From positions 128,001-192,000 of the forward strand of contig JBEKVV010000002.1 in NCBI GenBank assembly GCA_049513715.1: 64,000 bases of DNA. The letters run 5' to 3'. The DNA is from Candidatus Bathyarchaeia archaeon. Its GTDB lineage: Archaea; Thermoproteota; Bathyarchaeia; 40CM-2-53-6. The notes beneath the pieces are model-generated. The model worked only from the letters and a program-made list of their open reading frames with translations. It was not told the origin of the DNA and did not search any database. The translations under genes and the position numbers were made by a program. Of the stretch, positions 10,285 through 19,519 are shown piece after piece (within the stretch, counting starts at the first letter, position 1; every line of letters starts with the position of its first letter).

Positions 10285-10607
10285 GATTCGATGGAGGTTG
10301 CAGGTGGTGGCTGTAGAAACTTTTCGATACCTTTAGGTTCTTTTTGGCTTTCGGGCGTCTTGATTCTTTCAATCTCCGCGGCTAACTCTAGAAGCCGTAT
10401 ATGGTGGTCAAACAAAATTGACATGAACACCGCTTCGAGCACGACAGGCCTGACTGCCATGCCTCCAGCCGAAGCGTAGAGCTTAGACCGCAAAAGCATG
10501 TTCTCAAAAATGTCTTTCTCGGGTTTTCGTAACGCGTCCCTGAAAGGTTTCCATTTTGCGATTTCCATGTCGATTGCCATCCGATAGGAAGGAATCGTAC
10601 GTCCCAT
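10239..10607 (-). CDS. Small helical protein of the family usually encoded with PolB2 (arCOG07300-like)
   Basis: MGRTIPSYR...W..FR.ALRK..K..F..M signature recognised from recall; SD GCGGTGA before ATG 10607. Confidence 0.75.
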   Translation of the reverse strand: MGRTIPSYRMAIDMEIAKWKPFRDALRKPEKDIFENMLLRSKLYASAGGMAVRPVVLEAVFMSILFDHHIRLLELAAEIERIKTPESQKEPKGIEKFLQPPPATSIESCQHVIEDTPPQGNS

Positions 10608-10659
10608 CAAAGTCACCGCGTAGGTTCTGGTACGTGAGAATTTAGGTGGAAGAGAGAAG

Positions 10660-10670
10660 TGAAAGTGACA
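10660..10670 (-). promoter_or_regulatory. Putative DNA-damage-responsive element TGTCACTTTCA
   Basis: 10/11 match to the recalled Halobacterium UV motif TTTCACTTTCA; contains ANTTTC; 53 nt upstream of ATG 10607. Confidence 0.45.
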
Positions 10671-10732
10671 GAGCTCAGCGGCAACTGGTTCAGGGTTACG
10701 ACGGCCGAAACGGATATCGCAGGGCGTGATAG

Positions 10733-11236
10733 ATGAATGGAGCAACCGTTGGTGTCTGTTTGAACGAGGAAGATCTCGTGCCAAAGAACTTCAGTTGGCT
10801 CGAGCCATCTAAACTGGCCGGATGTGCCCGGCCAGAAAGTGAAGCGGAGTTGAAGGCCGTGAGGGAGCAAGGGATTCTTGCTATCGTCTCGTTGACTGGG
10901 ACACCACTCATCCCAGATGTTGTACGCCGGCTAGGTTTCGATTATCTGCATTCACACATGTCCGGGTCGCCGACCACCAAGCAATTGGAAGAGCTGGTCA
11001 AGTTCATAGAGCGCGAAAACGCCCAATCCAAACCTGTTTTGGTTCATTGCGGTGAGGGTAAAGGGCGTACTGGAACAGTCTTGGCTGCTTACCTGGTGAA
11101 ACATGGCCTAGGGGCTGATGATGCCATTCGATTAGTACGCGAAAAGCGGCCGGGGTCGATTCAAACGATCGAACAAGAAAATGCGCTAAAAGAATTCGAG
11201 AAAATTCGCGATTCCAGGCAACCCACACCCACTTGA
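10733..11236 (+). CDS. Dual-specificity protein phosphatase
   Basis: VHCGEGKGRTG (CX5R), RPGSIQT; true start may be TTG 10760 or GTG 10778. Confidence 0.92.
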   Translation: MNGATVGVCLNEEDLVPKNFSWLEPSKLAGCARPESEAELKAVREQGILAIVSLTGTPLIPDVVRRLGFDYLHSHMSGSPTTKQLEELVKFIERENAQSKPVLVHCGEGKGRTGTVLAAYLVKHGLGADDAIRLVREKRPGSIQTIEQENALKEFEKIRDSRQPTPT

Positions 11237-11281
11237 GTTAGTGTGTGCTGAAGAAGGGGCTTTTGCGGCCGTGTCAGGTTC

Positions 11282-11614
11282 TTAGACTGACTGCCCAACG
11301 ATGTTTAGAATTTGTTGTGCAATGTTCGCATCGTTGGTGCTGATGTTTTCTTCTGGTGGGATTACGATGGACCAATCCATCATGATTTGGCCGTCGTTGC
11401 CGTATTGGAAGACTGATTGAGCTTTCAGTATTCCGGTCTTTTTCATCAGGTTCTGGGAGGCTAGCAGGAGCTGTAGTTGCTTCGTACCGATCGCGAAAGT
11501 TGGTGGGCTTGTGGCTTGTACAAGTTGGGGTAATTGTGGTAGTGCTGCCAAACCGACAGCGCTTCCAAGCAGGATCTTTGCCGCCTTCGTGAAGAAACTT
11601 CTTCTGTCTGACAA
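11282..11614 (-). CDS. Small secreted protein with Tat signal
   Basis: SDRRSFF twin-arginine motif, hydrophobic stretch, VQA cleavage-like site. Confidence 0.7.
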   Translation of the reverse strand: MSDRRSFFTKAAKILLGSAVGLAALPQLPQLVQATSPPTFAIGTKQLQLLLASQNLMKKTGILKAQSVFQYGNDGQIMMDWSIVIPPEENISTNDANIAQQILNIVGQSV

Positions 11615-12181
11615 GATACGTCGAAATGTAATTGGTATTTCCGGTAATATCCTTTCCGAGGAAGGTAGGCGTCCATGGATGGTCTTGGCCGTCCGATAAT
11701 GTCAAGAATGAGCAGAACAGTCGGCACAAATCCACAGAGTAGAATGCATGGGGTTGTTACTCTGTTGAACCGCCATCATTAATGTTTAATGTTAAACGTT
11801 AGAACCCCTTTGGTTCCATTGGCCGTTTTCGATCTCAGAACGACCACTGGGCCAGCAGTCTACTGGAGCAGTTTCTTGATGAAATTGAGCAAGCATCAAC
11901 GCCATATGAAGTTGATGGTGAATCCTGAACGAAAGATGGGGAGCCAAGATCAACCCAGTGCTGTTCAGGTGATGGGTCGGAGCGTGGTTGTTAATGGTCT
12001 ACATGTTTCGAGGCTGCGTGTCGAATTCGCGCTAAGGTTTGTGGAGGGATTGATGTTTGCGAATTGGAAATTTGCGACAACGAAAATTCCGGGGTGCCTC
12101 GCAGGCTGGCCGGGTCGGTTTTCAGAACCCTATTAAATGAGGAGAAGGCTGTTCTCACAAAATCTCACACTGGTGATTGAT

Positions 12182-13663
12182 ATGTCCCAAGGCGCCTACG
12201 GCCACAGCTCCGAGCGAGTTCCAATTAACAGGGTAGACACGTACATTTGGGAGATTCCGAAGGATTCTCAGCGCGGCATGCGTGTTCCAGGCCGAATATA
12301 CGCCGATGAAGCATTGATTGGCAAAATGCGAACCGACGCCACACTCCAACAATGCGCAAACGTCGCAACCCTCCCCGGACTCTACAACTGGTCCATTACG
12401 ATGCCAGACGGCCACGAAGGCTACGGGTTCCCGATAGGTGGAGTCGCAGCAAGCGACTACGACGAAGGCATCGTAAGCCCCGGGGGTGTCGGTTACGACA
12501 TAAATTGTGGAGTCAGATTGATCCGAACGAACCTGACGGAAGCTGATGTTCGTCCGGTTTTGGGTAAATTGTTGGATGCTATGTTTGTGAATGTTCCTTC
12601 TGGTTTGGGTAGTCGAGGGAAGGTTGGGAGAATTTCTGCTGGGGATTTGGAGAAGGTTACGCGTGAGGGTGTTGAGTGGGCCGTTGACCACGGTTACGGT
12701 TGGGCAGAGGATCAGAAGCATTGCGAGGAGAATGGTTGCTTGGAAACCGCAAACCCCGACAAGGTTTCTGGAACAGCCAAACAGAGGGGGAGCCCACAGC
12801 TCGGCAGCCTAGGGAGCGGTAACCATTTTCTTGAGATTGAGAAGGTCGACAAGATCTTTGATCAGCCTGTGGCAGAGAAGCTGGGGATTCGAAAGGAGGG
12901 TCAGATTCTGGTTCTGGTTCATACTGGTAGTCGTGGGTTCGGTTACCAGGTGTGCAGCGATTACCTGCGCGTTATGGAAAGGGCGGTACACAAATATGGT
13001 ATCAATTTGCCGGATAGGCAATTGGCTTGCGCCCCAGCCAAAAGTAATGAAATTGAAGATTACATCGGTGCAATGTCGTCGGCGGCGAATTTCGCTTGGG
13101 TCAACCGACAGATGATCACTCATTGGACGCGGGAGTCTTTCGAGAAAACCTTCGGAAAATCCGCTGACCAGCTTGACATGGGCTTGATTTACGATGTGGC
13201 CCACAACATCGCTAAAATCGAGGAACATGCAGTGGACGGTGGAATGAAGAAAGTCTACGTTCACCGCAAAGGAGCCACACGAGCATTTCCGCCAGGACAT
13301 CCGGCAGTTCCTGCGGAGTACCGGGAAATTGGCCAGCCGGTCTTCATTCCTGGCAGTATGGGTACTGCGTCTTGGGTTCTGATTGGGGCACCGAAGGCTA
13401 TGGAACTCAGCTTTGGTACCACGGCCCACGGTGCGGGTAGGTCCATGAGTCGAACCGCAGCGAAGAGACGAAACCCTGCCCGGCAGGTAGAAGAGTTGCT
13501 AGCGAAGAAGGGAATTATGATTCGAGCTGAGAATTTCGGGACAGTGAGCGAAGAGGCTCCTGAGGCGTACAAGAATGTGGACAGTGTGGCTGAGGTGAGC
13601 CACCAGCTCGGCATAGCGACCAAAGTGGCAAGGCTAGTCCCGATTGGTGTAACGAAAGGTTAG
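12182..13663 (+). CDS. rtcB: RNA-splicing ligase RtcB
   Basis: MPDGHEGYGFPIGG, GYDINCG, GSGNHFLE, HTGSRG, HRKGATRA, HGAGR. Confidence 0.97.
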   Translation: MSQGAYGHSSERVPINRVDTYIWEIPKDSQRGMRVPGRIYADEALIGKMRTDATLQQCANVATLPGLYNWSITMPDGHEGYGFPIGGVAASDYDEGIVSPGGVGYDINCGVRLIRTNLTEADVRPVLGKLLDAMFVNVPSGLGSRGKVGRISAGDLEKVTREGVEWAVDHGYGWAEDQKHCEENGCLETANPDKVSGTAKQRGSPQLGSLGSGNHFLEIEKVDKIFDQPVAEKLGIRKEGQILVLVHTGSRGFGYQVCSDYLRVMERAVHKYGINLPDRQLACAPAKSNEIEDYIGAMSSAANFAWVNRQMITHWTRESFEKTFGKSADQLDMGLIYDVAHNIAKIEEHAVDGGMKKVYVHRKGATRAFPPGHPAVPAEYREIGQPVFIPGSMGTASWVLIGAPKAMELSFGTTAHGAGRSMSRTAAKRRNPARQVEELLAKKGIMIRAENFGTVSEEAPEAYKNVDSVAEVSHQLGIATKVARLVPIGVTKG

Positions 13664-13706
13664 TTTACCGCGATTTTGCGGCGGTAGTGTTGTTGTTCGA
13701 GTCAGC

Positions 13707-14126
13707 CTAGGCTTTGATGACCACTGTCTTGGCGAATCGGTCGCCGAGCCGCTGTTTCTTATCTGACCGTGCGATGAGAATGATTCCGATGATATAGAAG
13801 AATGGTAGAGCATCGATTATTCTGAGTATGTTGCGGACGATGGCTGCGCCGAACCCACAAGCTGACCCATCCTCACGGACGACCTTAATTTTGAGAAGTT
13901 TCTTGCCAACTGTTGCTCCCATTGCTCCCTCGAGGACGACGAAGTACAGGAAAGTGATCAGACCGTATGCGCCTAGGAATGGGGATGCAGCTGCCCCTTG
14001 GTAATCAAACGTGAACGAACCTGACATTGCGAATCCAACGAGGAAAAATAGGATGAACAGGATTACGCCATCGACGATTTGCGCCACAAGCCTGGTTCCG
14101 ATACTTTGGTACTTATTGGCAGTCAT
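13707..14126 (-). CDS. RDD-family membrane protein
   Basis: RLVAQIVD, GATVGKK, RNILRIID, QRLGD. Confidence 0.9.
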   Translation of the reverse strand: MTANKYQSIGTRLVAQIVDGVILFILFFLVGFAMSGSFTFDYQGAAASPFLGAYGLITFLYFVVLEGAMGATVGKKLLKIKVVREDGSACGFGAAIVRNILRIIDALPFFYIIGIILIARSDKKQRLGDRFAKTVVIKA

Positions 14127-14331
14127 GCCCGACAAAAGCCTGCTATCGCATAAGAAGATTTGCAGTCGACTCAACCTCAGTGTATAGCATAGTCTAGACA
14201 TCTTTTCTGCAGGCCAATGAAAGCTGAAGTCCAGGTATGGGATCAGAATCGGGGTTTCTACGGCTTTTTTTCCGATCAATCTAAAAGCGCGCGTAGGTTC
14301 AACTGACTCAGCGTTAACGCTTGATTGGGCT

Positions 14332-14598
14332 ATGGTGACCGACTTGGGTGGGAAGCTGCGGCGTCACGGAATCTGGTCAGTTCTCGTACCAGTCGATGTT
14401 ATGATGGTGATTTTGCTGATTCTCTTGAACTTCGAGAGCAAGTCCGGCGTGACGATAGCGGACAGCGGGATGAAAGTTGAAGCTGTCGCCTTCACGGCTT
14501 TGTTGACCGTAGGATTACTAGCGCCATTCGCCTGGCGATGGTGGCTTAACCTCAAGAAATCCCCTGCCGCTCCAGTAGAGGTCAAGGTTGAGAATTGA
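14332..14598 (+). CDS. Small two-TM membrane protein
   Basis: Two hydrophobic helices; 4-nt overlap with the downstream HAD gene. Confidence 0.6.
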   Translation: MVTDLGGKLRRHGIWSVLVPVDVMMVILLILLNFESKSGVTIADSGMKVEAVAFTALLTVGLLAPFAWRWWLNLKKSPAAPVEVKVEN

Positions 14599-15266
14599 AA
14601 CCCGAATGGGTCACGTTTGATTGTTATGGAACTCTGGTTGATTGGGAAACAGGAATCAGAACTGTTCTCAATCAGATAATCAGTGAGAAGAAGGCCAAAG
14701 TGCGCATTGACGATTTGCTGAAGGCCAGAGAAGACGCTGAGTTTGAACTGATTCAAAGCCCATACAAAAGTTACAGGGAGTTCTTGCACCTTAGTTTGCA
14801 GGAGGCCTGCAGGCGGTTCCACGTACCTTACTCTCCCCGGGACGGGGTGAGGCTGGCCGAGTCGATTCCAACATGGCCGGTCTTCAAAGAAACCAAACCA
14901 GCACTCGAACAACTCGCAGAGAAATGCAAGTTGGGGATCATTTCAAACATTGACACGGACATAATCGAAGCGACCAAAGCCAAGGTCGGAGTCCAGTTCG
15001 CGTTAACGGTTACCGCCCAAGAGGTTGGGGCCTACAAACCAAGCACAAAGCCTTTCGAAGTGACCCTGCAAAAACTTGGTTGCCCACCTGACCGGGTCCT
15101 TCATGTTTCATCCGGTTTCAAGTACGATATTCCACCCGCACACAGGATCGGTTTCAGCACGGCTTGGGTAAACCGAAAGAAGGAAGCTAAACCTTCAGGC
15201 CTGCAAGCCGATCACGAGTTCAGGAGCCTCACCGAACTGGCCGAATATGTCACTGAGACCTCCTGA
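14595..15266 (+). CDS. Haloacid dehalogenase type II-like HAD hydrolase
   Basis: TFDCYGTLVDWE, ISNID, YKPS, LHVS...YDI. Confidence 0.9.
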   Translation: MKPEWVTFDCYGTLVDWETGIRTVLNQIISEKKAKVRIDDLLKAREDAEFELIQSPYKSYREFLHLSLQEACRRFHVPYSPRDGVRLAESIPTWPVFKETKPALEQLAEKCKLGIISNIDTDIIEATKAKVGVQFALTVTAQEVGAYKPSTKPFEVTLQKLGCPPDRVLHVSSGFKYDIPPAHRIGFSTAWVNRKKEAKPSGLQADHEFRSLTELAEYVTETS

Positions 15267-15290
15267 GCCCCTGACAGCGAAGAGACCGCC

Positions 15291-15553
15291 TTGCTCCAAG
15301 CCACTCAACGAGTGGCCAAGCAACCTGAAAACTAGCCAGCACCACAAACTCGAATGTAGTACCCTAGTAATACATTCGAAATAATATCCCTACCATACCC
15401 CCCAACATACCCCTATGCTGGAGTGTATACACCCAACGTTTGGGTGTATACACCCTGACAAGGAAGGTGTGTGATGTCACCTCACTCTCGGGCGAGACTT
15501 GGGTGCTGGCTGTTACTGTCACACTCGGTTAGACCCCTCTAATACTACATTCG
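15291..15553. repeat. Palindrome- and inverted-repeat-dense intergenic element
   Basis: GCCACTC/GAGTGGC stem; TCGAATGTA/TACATTCGA stem (15350-15379); GTGTATACACCCAA-cgt-TTGGGTGTATACAC (15423-15453); long-range complementary pairs. Confidence 0.7.
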
Positions 15554-15582
15554 CATTAGTTCGGTTTGGTTGTTGTTGGTCT

Positions 15583-16101
15583 TCATTTTGTTGCGGGTTG
15601 TTTTCTGAGGTGAGCGGGTAGTCTGCCTTTCTGCATCATCTCTTTGCCCCGCTTGATGATTGGGTTGGCGGGGTTGATTTGCAGAGCCTTTGCGATTGAT
15701 TGCGAGGATGCTTCAGCCTTTCCGGTCAAGTATTGTGCCCACGCAAGGTTGAACCAGGCGTACTCATTGTTCGGGTTCACTTTGACCGCTCGCTCCAACG
15801 TCGGTATGGCATCATGGGCTTTCCCTAGGTCGATGAGAGCCCACCCTTTGCTCACGAGCGCGATGTCATCGTCAGGATTCAGAGTTAAGCTCCGTTCCGA
15901 GTGTTCCAAAGCGTTTTCCGAGTATTTCCATTCCCGGCGAGCGTTGGCGAGTCTGTTGAGGGCATAGGCCTTGAGGGCAAGTGCTTGGCTGTTTTCGGGT
16001 GTGACTTTGATGATGCGGTTGAGCTGCAGGATTGCTTGCTCGGGTCTGTTCTGCGAATAGAGCAAATAGAATATTTCATCTCGGAGGTTTGATGGTTTCA
16101 A
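15583..16101 (-). CDS. Tetratricopeptide repeat protein
   Basis: Repeated TPR turns (TPENS, LNPDD, VNPNN, INPAN); SD AGGAGG. Confidence 0.88.
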   Translation of the reverse strand: MKPSNLRDEIFYLLYSQNRPEQAILQLNRIIKVTPENSQALALKAYALNRLANARREWKYSENALEHSERSLTLNPDDDIALVSKGWALIDLGKAHDAIPTLERAVKVNPNNEYAWFNLAWAQYLTGKAEASSQSIAKALQINPANPIIKRGKEMMQKGRLPAHLRKQPATK

Positions 16102-16375
16102 GGCTGCGACGTCCTCCTGAGGATAAACTTCTTGATGGGCATATCGGCCTAAGAGATAACTGTCTGTTCACCAGAGGTGGACGCCGCATTATTGGAGTTT
16201 AGCTGTTCCTTTTCCAGTTCGATTTTCGGCAAGCCTTCTGTCAATTCAAGGATAGCTCTCACACTTGAGTCGAACATTCGCAGTCTGGTTTCGTTTGGTG
16301 GGCTGGTATTTCTAACACCCCGACAAAAGGCAGATGAAGCGGCCTTGATGATCAACCACCCAAGGGCGTTAGGCT

Positions 16376-16585
16376 TTGACCCCAAAGGAACGCGAGTTAC
16401 TTCAGGGAATGGCTAATTGCTACAAAGCGTGCCACGCGACTTTCGAAGAAACAGTGGGCATGGTTGGGTCTGCCCGAGGCCTCACCTCTGCTGAAGTCAA
16501 GGAAATGTTGGAACGATTGAAACATGAAGGTGGGGAGGAGTACATGGCGCTTAGGCGAAAGCTTCCTGGCGATTTCCCACTGTGA
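16376..16585 (+). CDS. Small hypothetical protein with CxxxCH-like motif, first gene of a three-gene operon
   Basis: 69 aa, NCYKACH; stop adjacent to the next gene. Confidence 0.65.
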   Translation: MTPKERELLQGMANCYKACHATFEETVGMVGSARGLTSAEVKEMLERLKHEGGEEYMALRRKLPGDFPL

Positions 16586-16602
16586 GATTGGAGGCCTCAC
16601 GA

Positions 16603-17499
16603 TTGACAAAATGCTCAGTATGCGGAGAAGCATTCGCTAGGGGAGACTACAGCAGCCTTGCAAGCCACTTGTATGAATTTTCTGAAAGAAGCGATGTGGA
16701 GCACGTGATGTGGCTGAACAAGAACATCACGAAGAAAAAAACGAAGGCGGCAGAGCTTTCACAACTGATGGGTGAATACTTCGACACGCATGACGACCTG
16801 AAAGGTTGGATTAAGAAAAGATTCATTGAGAGATTCTACGGACCCAACCCACACCCCTTCGTGCTCGCCCTCCAACACCCCTCAAGGGCCACGCTGTTAG
16901 GCTACGTCGTGGAGCACCAACATTTCCTGAGGCAGTGGACTCGTTCGTGCGCTTACATTATTGCGAAAACCGATAAGGTCGACGTTACGCTTTACGAACT
17001 TGACAACATAAACACCGAATTCGGCGGCAGTGGTGTCGGAAAACCGTCGCATTATGAGCTGCTGTTGCGAATGGGCGAAAGCCTGGGCCTGCCAAGGGAA
17101 AAAGCCCTTGCAACACCACCGCTACCTGATACGGCTTCGGCAATCAATACCTGGAACAGTATCGCCGAGAAGGACCACTGGTTGGAGACGATGGTGGCGA
17201 TGCATGGGCTCGAACTGATAGCCGACCGGAACCTAACGAACGAAGGGGCCTCGGTTCACTACTTTGACCCTGAGGTCCTGAAGGGCAAGGACGTAACGGA
17301 AGGAACCAAGAACTTCCTCAGGGAAGGCTACGAGGCCGACGTCAAGCACTCTGAAGAAGCCCTGAAACTTGTTGACAAGTACTCCGCAGAACTCGGTATA
17401 ACGGAGAACGTTCAGGCAACGTTCCTAAAATCCATCCATGCCTTCGACTATTACTTAATGGCCCGTTTGGAGAGAGGGAAGCAGTTTGAAGGTTCCTGA
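16603..17499 (+). CDS. C2H2-type Zn finger fused to a heme-oxygenase-like diiron (PqqC/CADD/TenA-fold) domain
   Basis: CSVC...H...H; HPF, DNINTE...SHYELL, HGLE, EADVKH metal-ligand pattern; start TTG 16603 (or GTG 16582). Confidence 0.8.
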   Translation: MTKCSVCGEAFARGDYSSLASHLYEFSERSDVEHVMWLNKNITKKKTKAAELSQLMGEYFDTHDDLKGWIKKRFIERFYGPNPHPFVLALQHPSRATLLGYVVEHQHFLRQWTRSCAYIIAKTDKVDVTLYELDNINTEFGGSGVGKPSHYELLLRMGESLGLPREKALATPPLPDTASAINTWNSIAEKDHWLETMVAMHGLELIADRNLTNEGASVHYFDPEVLKGKDVTEGTKNFLREGYEADVKHSEEALKLVDKYSAELGITENVQATFLKSIHAFDYYLMARLERGKQFEGS

Positions 17500-17782
17500 A
17501 GGCTGCGCCATTTGCGGGGCCACGTGGGGCAACCACTGGGCCGAGGTGGAAGACCAACGAATGTTCTTCTGCTGCAAGATTTGTGAAACGGAATTTCGCA
17601 ACATGATTGACCAAGTCAAGGCCAGGACCGGCTGGAGCACAATAGATGAAATCAAAATTCAAGGAGACCAAAGGAGCAGGCTGTGCACAGCGTTCTCCGG
17701 CAATAACACATACAAATTCACCATTAGCTTCAACTCGCAGGGGGGAATTCGAACCTTCGAAATAGGCCCTTCCCAAGCTTAG
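17486..17782 (+). CDS. TA0938-family Zn-binding protein
   Basis: GCAICGATWG..W..V....FFCC.IC motif; overlaps the upstream gene. Confidence 0.8.
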   Translation: MKVPEGCAICGATWGNHWAEVEDQRMFFCCKICETEFRNMIDQVKARTGWSTIDEIKIQGDQRSRLCTAFSGNNTYKFTISFNSQGGIRTFEIGPSQA

Positions 17783-17794
17783 GCCAACTGCAAG

Positions 17795-18254
17795 GATGAC
17801 CAGACAAGGTTTTTGGATTGCTCAAGAAGTAGCTGACACGAAGTACACCGCCGACCTAAGGCCACTTTTCAAGCTAGGCAAAGCGATTACAGAGAAGCAG
17901 CCTAAGACGCTCGTATCTGATGGTGCGATGAATTTCCATGTGGCATACAAAAGCGAGTTCCGCACAGCTAGGCTTGAGAACCGAACAGAACACATACGAC
18001 ACCTCAGACTCTAAGGCGATTACAATAACAACAAGATGGAGCGCATGAACGGGGAAATCCGAGACAGAGAACGAGTAATGCGAACCTTAGAAAGGAAAGA
18101 CACACCGATACTCACTGGTATCCAGATATTCCACAACTACATAAGACCGCACATGGCACTGAAAGGGAAACCCCCTGCGGAAGTTGCAGGAATCAAGGTT
18201 GAGGGGGAAAACAAGTGGCTCACGATAATTCAAGACGCAAGTCGAAACGGGTAG
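17795..18254 (+). pseudogene. 5'-truncated IS6-family transposase with an in-frame nonsense codon
   Basis: Close to the C-terminal half of 20091-21215 (TRFWIAQEVADTKYTAD...NNNKMERMNGEIRDR); TAA at 18012-18014 interrupts the frame; N-terminal part absent. Confidence 0.9.
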
Positions 18255-18375
18255 TTCTCTCTCACTTCTTGTTTGTCGAACTATATACGTGCACTTGGTA
18301 ACTTATGAGGGGGTTGATCCTCGTTGCGTAAAGTCTAATTGCCATTATACAAATGTGCGTAATGTGCGTTGATAG

Positions 18376-18900
18376 TTGCCAGATGCTAAGCCTGTACCGT
18401 TGAAGACGCTTGACAAAGACGCAGAAACAGGCCTAATCGTCGAGAGCATTAGCGGCGAAAAGGTCGTTACATTCCGAACCAAAACCTTCCTGCAATTGAT
18501 GGATAGGCTCATGGAATTACTAGGGGGCACGGTTGGTGCCACTGTCCTTCATCAGATGGGTATCGACGTAGGTCGAAGCTTGTTCGGCTATTTGAAAGAC
18601 GAAGTGAAATCTGAAAGCGATCTGGCCAGTGCGATGGACATTGTGATGGCGGAAAGAGGTTGGGGAAGATGTAGGGCAATAGAGAAGCTTGAGATGAGAG
18701 GTTTAGCATACAGCATAAGAACCGAAGGCAATCCGATTTCTGGTACGCATGGGAAAAATGAGCCCATGTGCCACTTCATCCGAGGAAACTACACAGGCTT
18801 TCTTGAAGCATACCTACACAAGAAGGCAAAAACTAGCGAACAGGTCGCTTGCACAGCACTCGGCGCACCATATTGCACCTTTGAAATAACATTCGCTTAG
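18376..18900 (+). CDS. V4R domain protein
   Basis: GWG, PMCHFIRG, EQVAC...G..YCTF. Confidence 0.88.
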   Translation: MPDAKPVPLKTLDKDAETGLIVESISGEKVVTFRTKTFLQLMDRLMELLGGTVGATVLHQMGIDVGRSLFGYLKDEVKSESDLASAMDIVMAERGWGRCRAIEKLEMRGLAYSIRTEGNPISGTHGKNEPMCHFIRGNYTGFLEAYLHKKAKTSEQVACTALGAPYCTFEITFA

Positions 18901-19027
18901 TGGAAGATCGACAAGCTCACAATACTGGATGGCCCATCAACCGTGAAGGTAACGTTACCTTACGTAAGGTAACGTCACTTCTGCGTTTGGTGAAAGCATC
19001 TCGTAGCTGTGTAACAATTCGTTTGGT

Positions 19028-19513
19028 TCAGTAGCGTCTTTCGTAGCGAGAAAGTTTAATCTTCGCCTTGGCTGGCCTGAGAATTGTGCGTTGTATGCGT
19101 TCCCTGAAAGTTATGTCAAATTTCAAGAAGACTGAATCCCGACCCAGTACAGTATACGGTATAGCCTCTGGATTGACTGGGACGAAGACAGGCATGTCTG
19201 CGAAAGTTGCTATATTATTTCCCGCTTTCAAGACCTCGATGGTGAGGTTGAAAATCACTGTGTCGAACCCGCCGCCTGCACCTATAGATGGTGTTGCCTT
19301 TTTGGGGTCTATTTGGAGACCTAAGATTTCTGCTAGGTCTGTTGGGACGAATGTATTGGTCGCTCCTGAATCAACAAGACCTAAAGTTGTTAGACTTGCT
19401 GTTGCTGTCCTAAGTCTGACATGGAGAAGCGGAACCCTAAACGCTCGCTTAAGCAGGGGATGATAATATGAAAGATAACGATTTACTACAGCACCTTTGA
19501 AAAGAGAGGACAA
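19028..19513 (-). CDS. Retropepsin-like aspartyl protease (passenger)
   Basis: GLVDSGAT catalytic motif and VLGRD. Confidence 0.88.
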   Translation of the reverse strand: MSSLFKGAVVNRYLSYYHPLLKRAFRVPLLHVRLRTATASLTTLGLVDSGATNTFVPTDLAEILGLQIDPKKATPSIGAGGGFDTVIFNLTIEVLKAGNNIATFADMPVFVPVNPEAIPYTVLGRDSVFLKFDITFRERIQRTILRPAKAKIKLSRYERRY

Positions 19514-19519
19514 GTTAGG

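Larger units (their letters stand above)
17795..18959 (+). mobile_element. Decayed IS6-family element A with V4R passenger; left end lost
   Basis: Transposase remnant plus V4R gene; right end 18936-18959 (revcomp GGTAACGTTACCTTCACGGTTGAT) matches 17/24 to the left TIR of element B and abuts TTACGTAA. Confidence 0.65.

Noticed and set aside
11612..11779. Upstream in-frame ORF separated from the Tat protein by TGA (possible selenocysteine)
   Set aside because: A Tat signal belongs at the N-terminus, the upstream peptide does not look protein-like, and no SECIS was seen.
15267..15582. Identification as RNase P RNA, SRP RNA or an ORB-containing origin
   Set aside because: The hallmark motifs were not found and no orc1/cdc6 gene is nearby; the region is kept only as an unexplained structured element.
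18012..18014. In-frame stop in the transposase as possible programmed readthrough
   Set aside because: The codon is TAA and the gene also lacks its 5' half, so a pseudogene is the simpler explanation.
18946..18975. Overlapping palindromes as a CRISPR repeat, dif site or terminator
   Set aside because: There is no repeat-spacer array, and the palindromes are explained by two TIRs back to back around a palindromic target.
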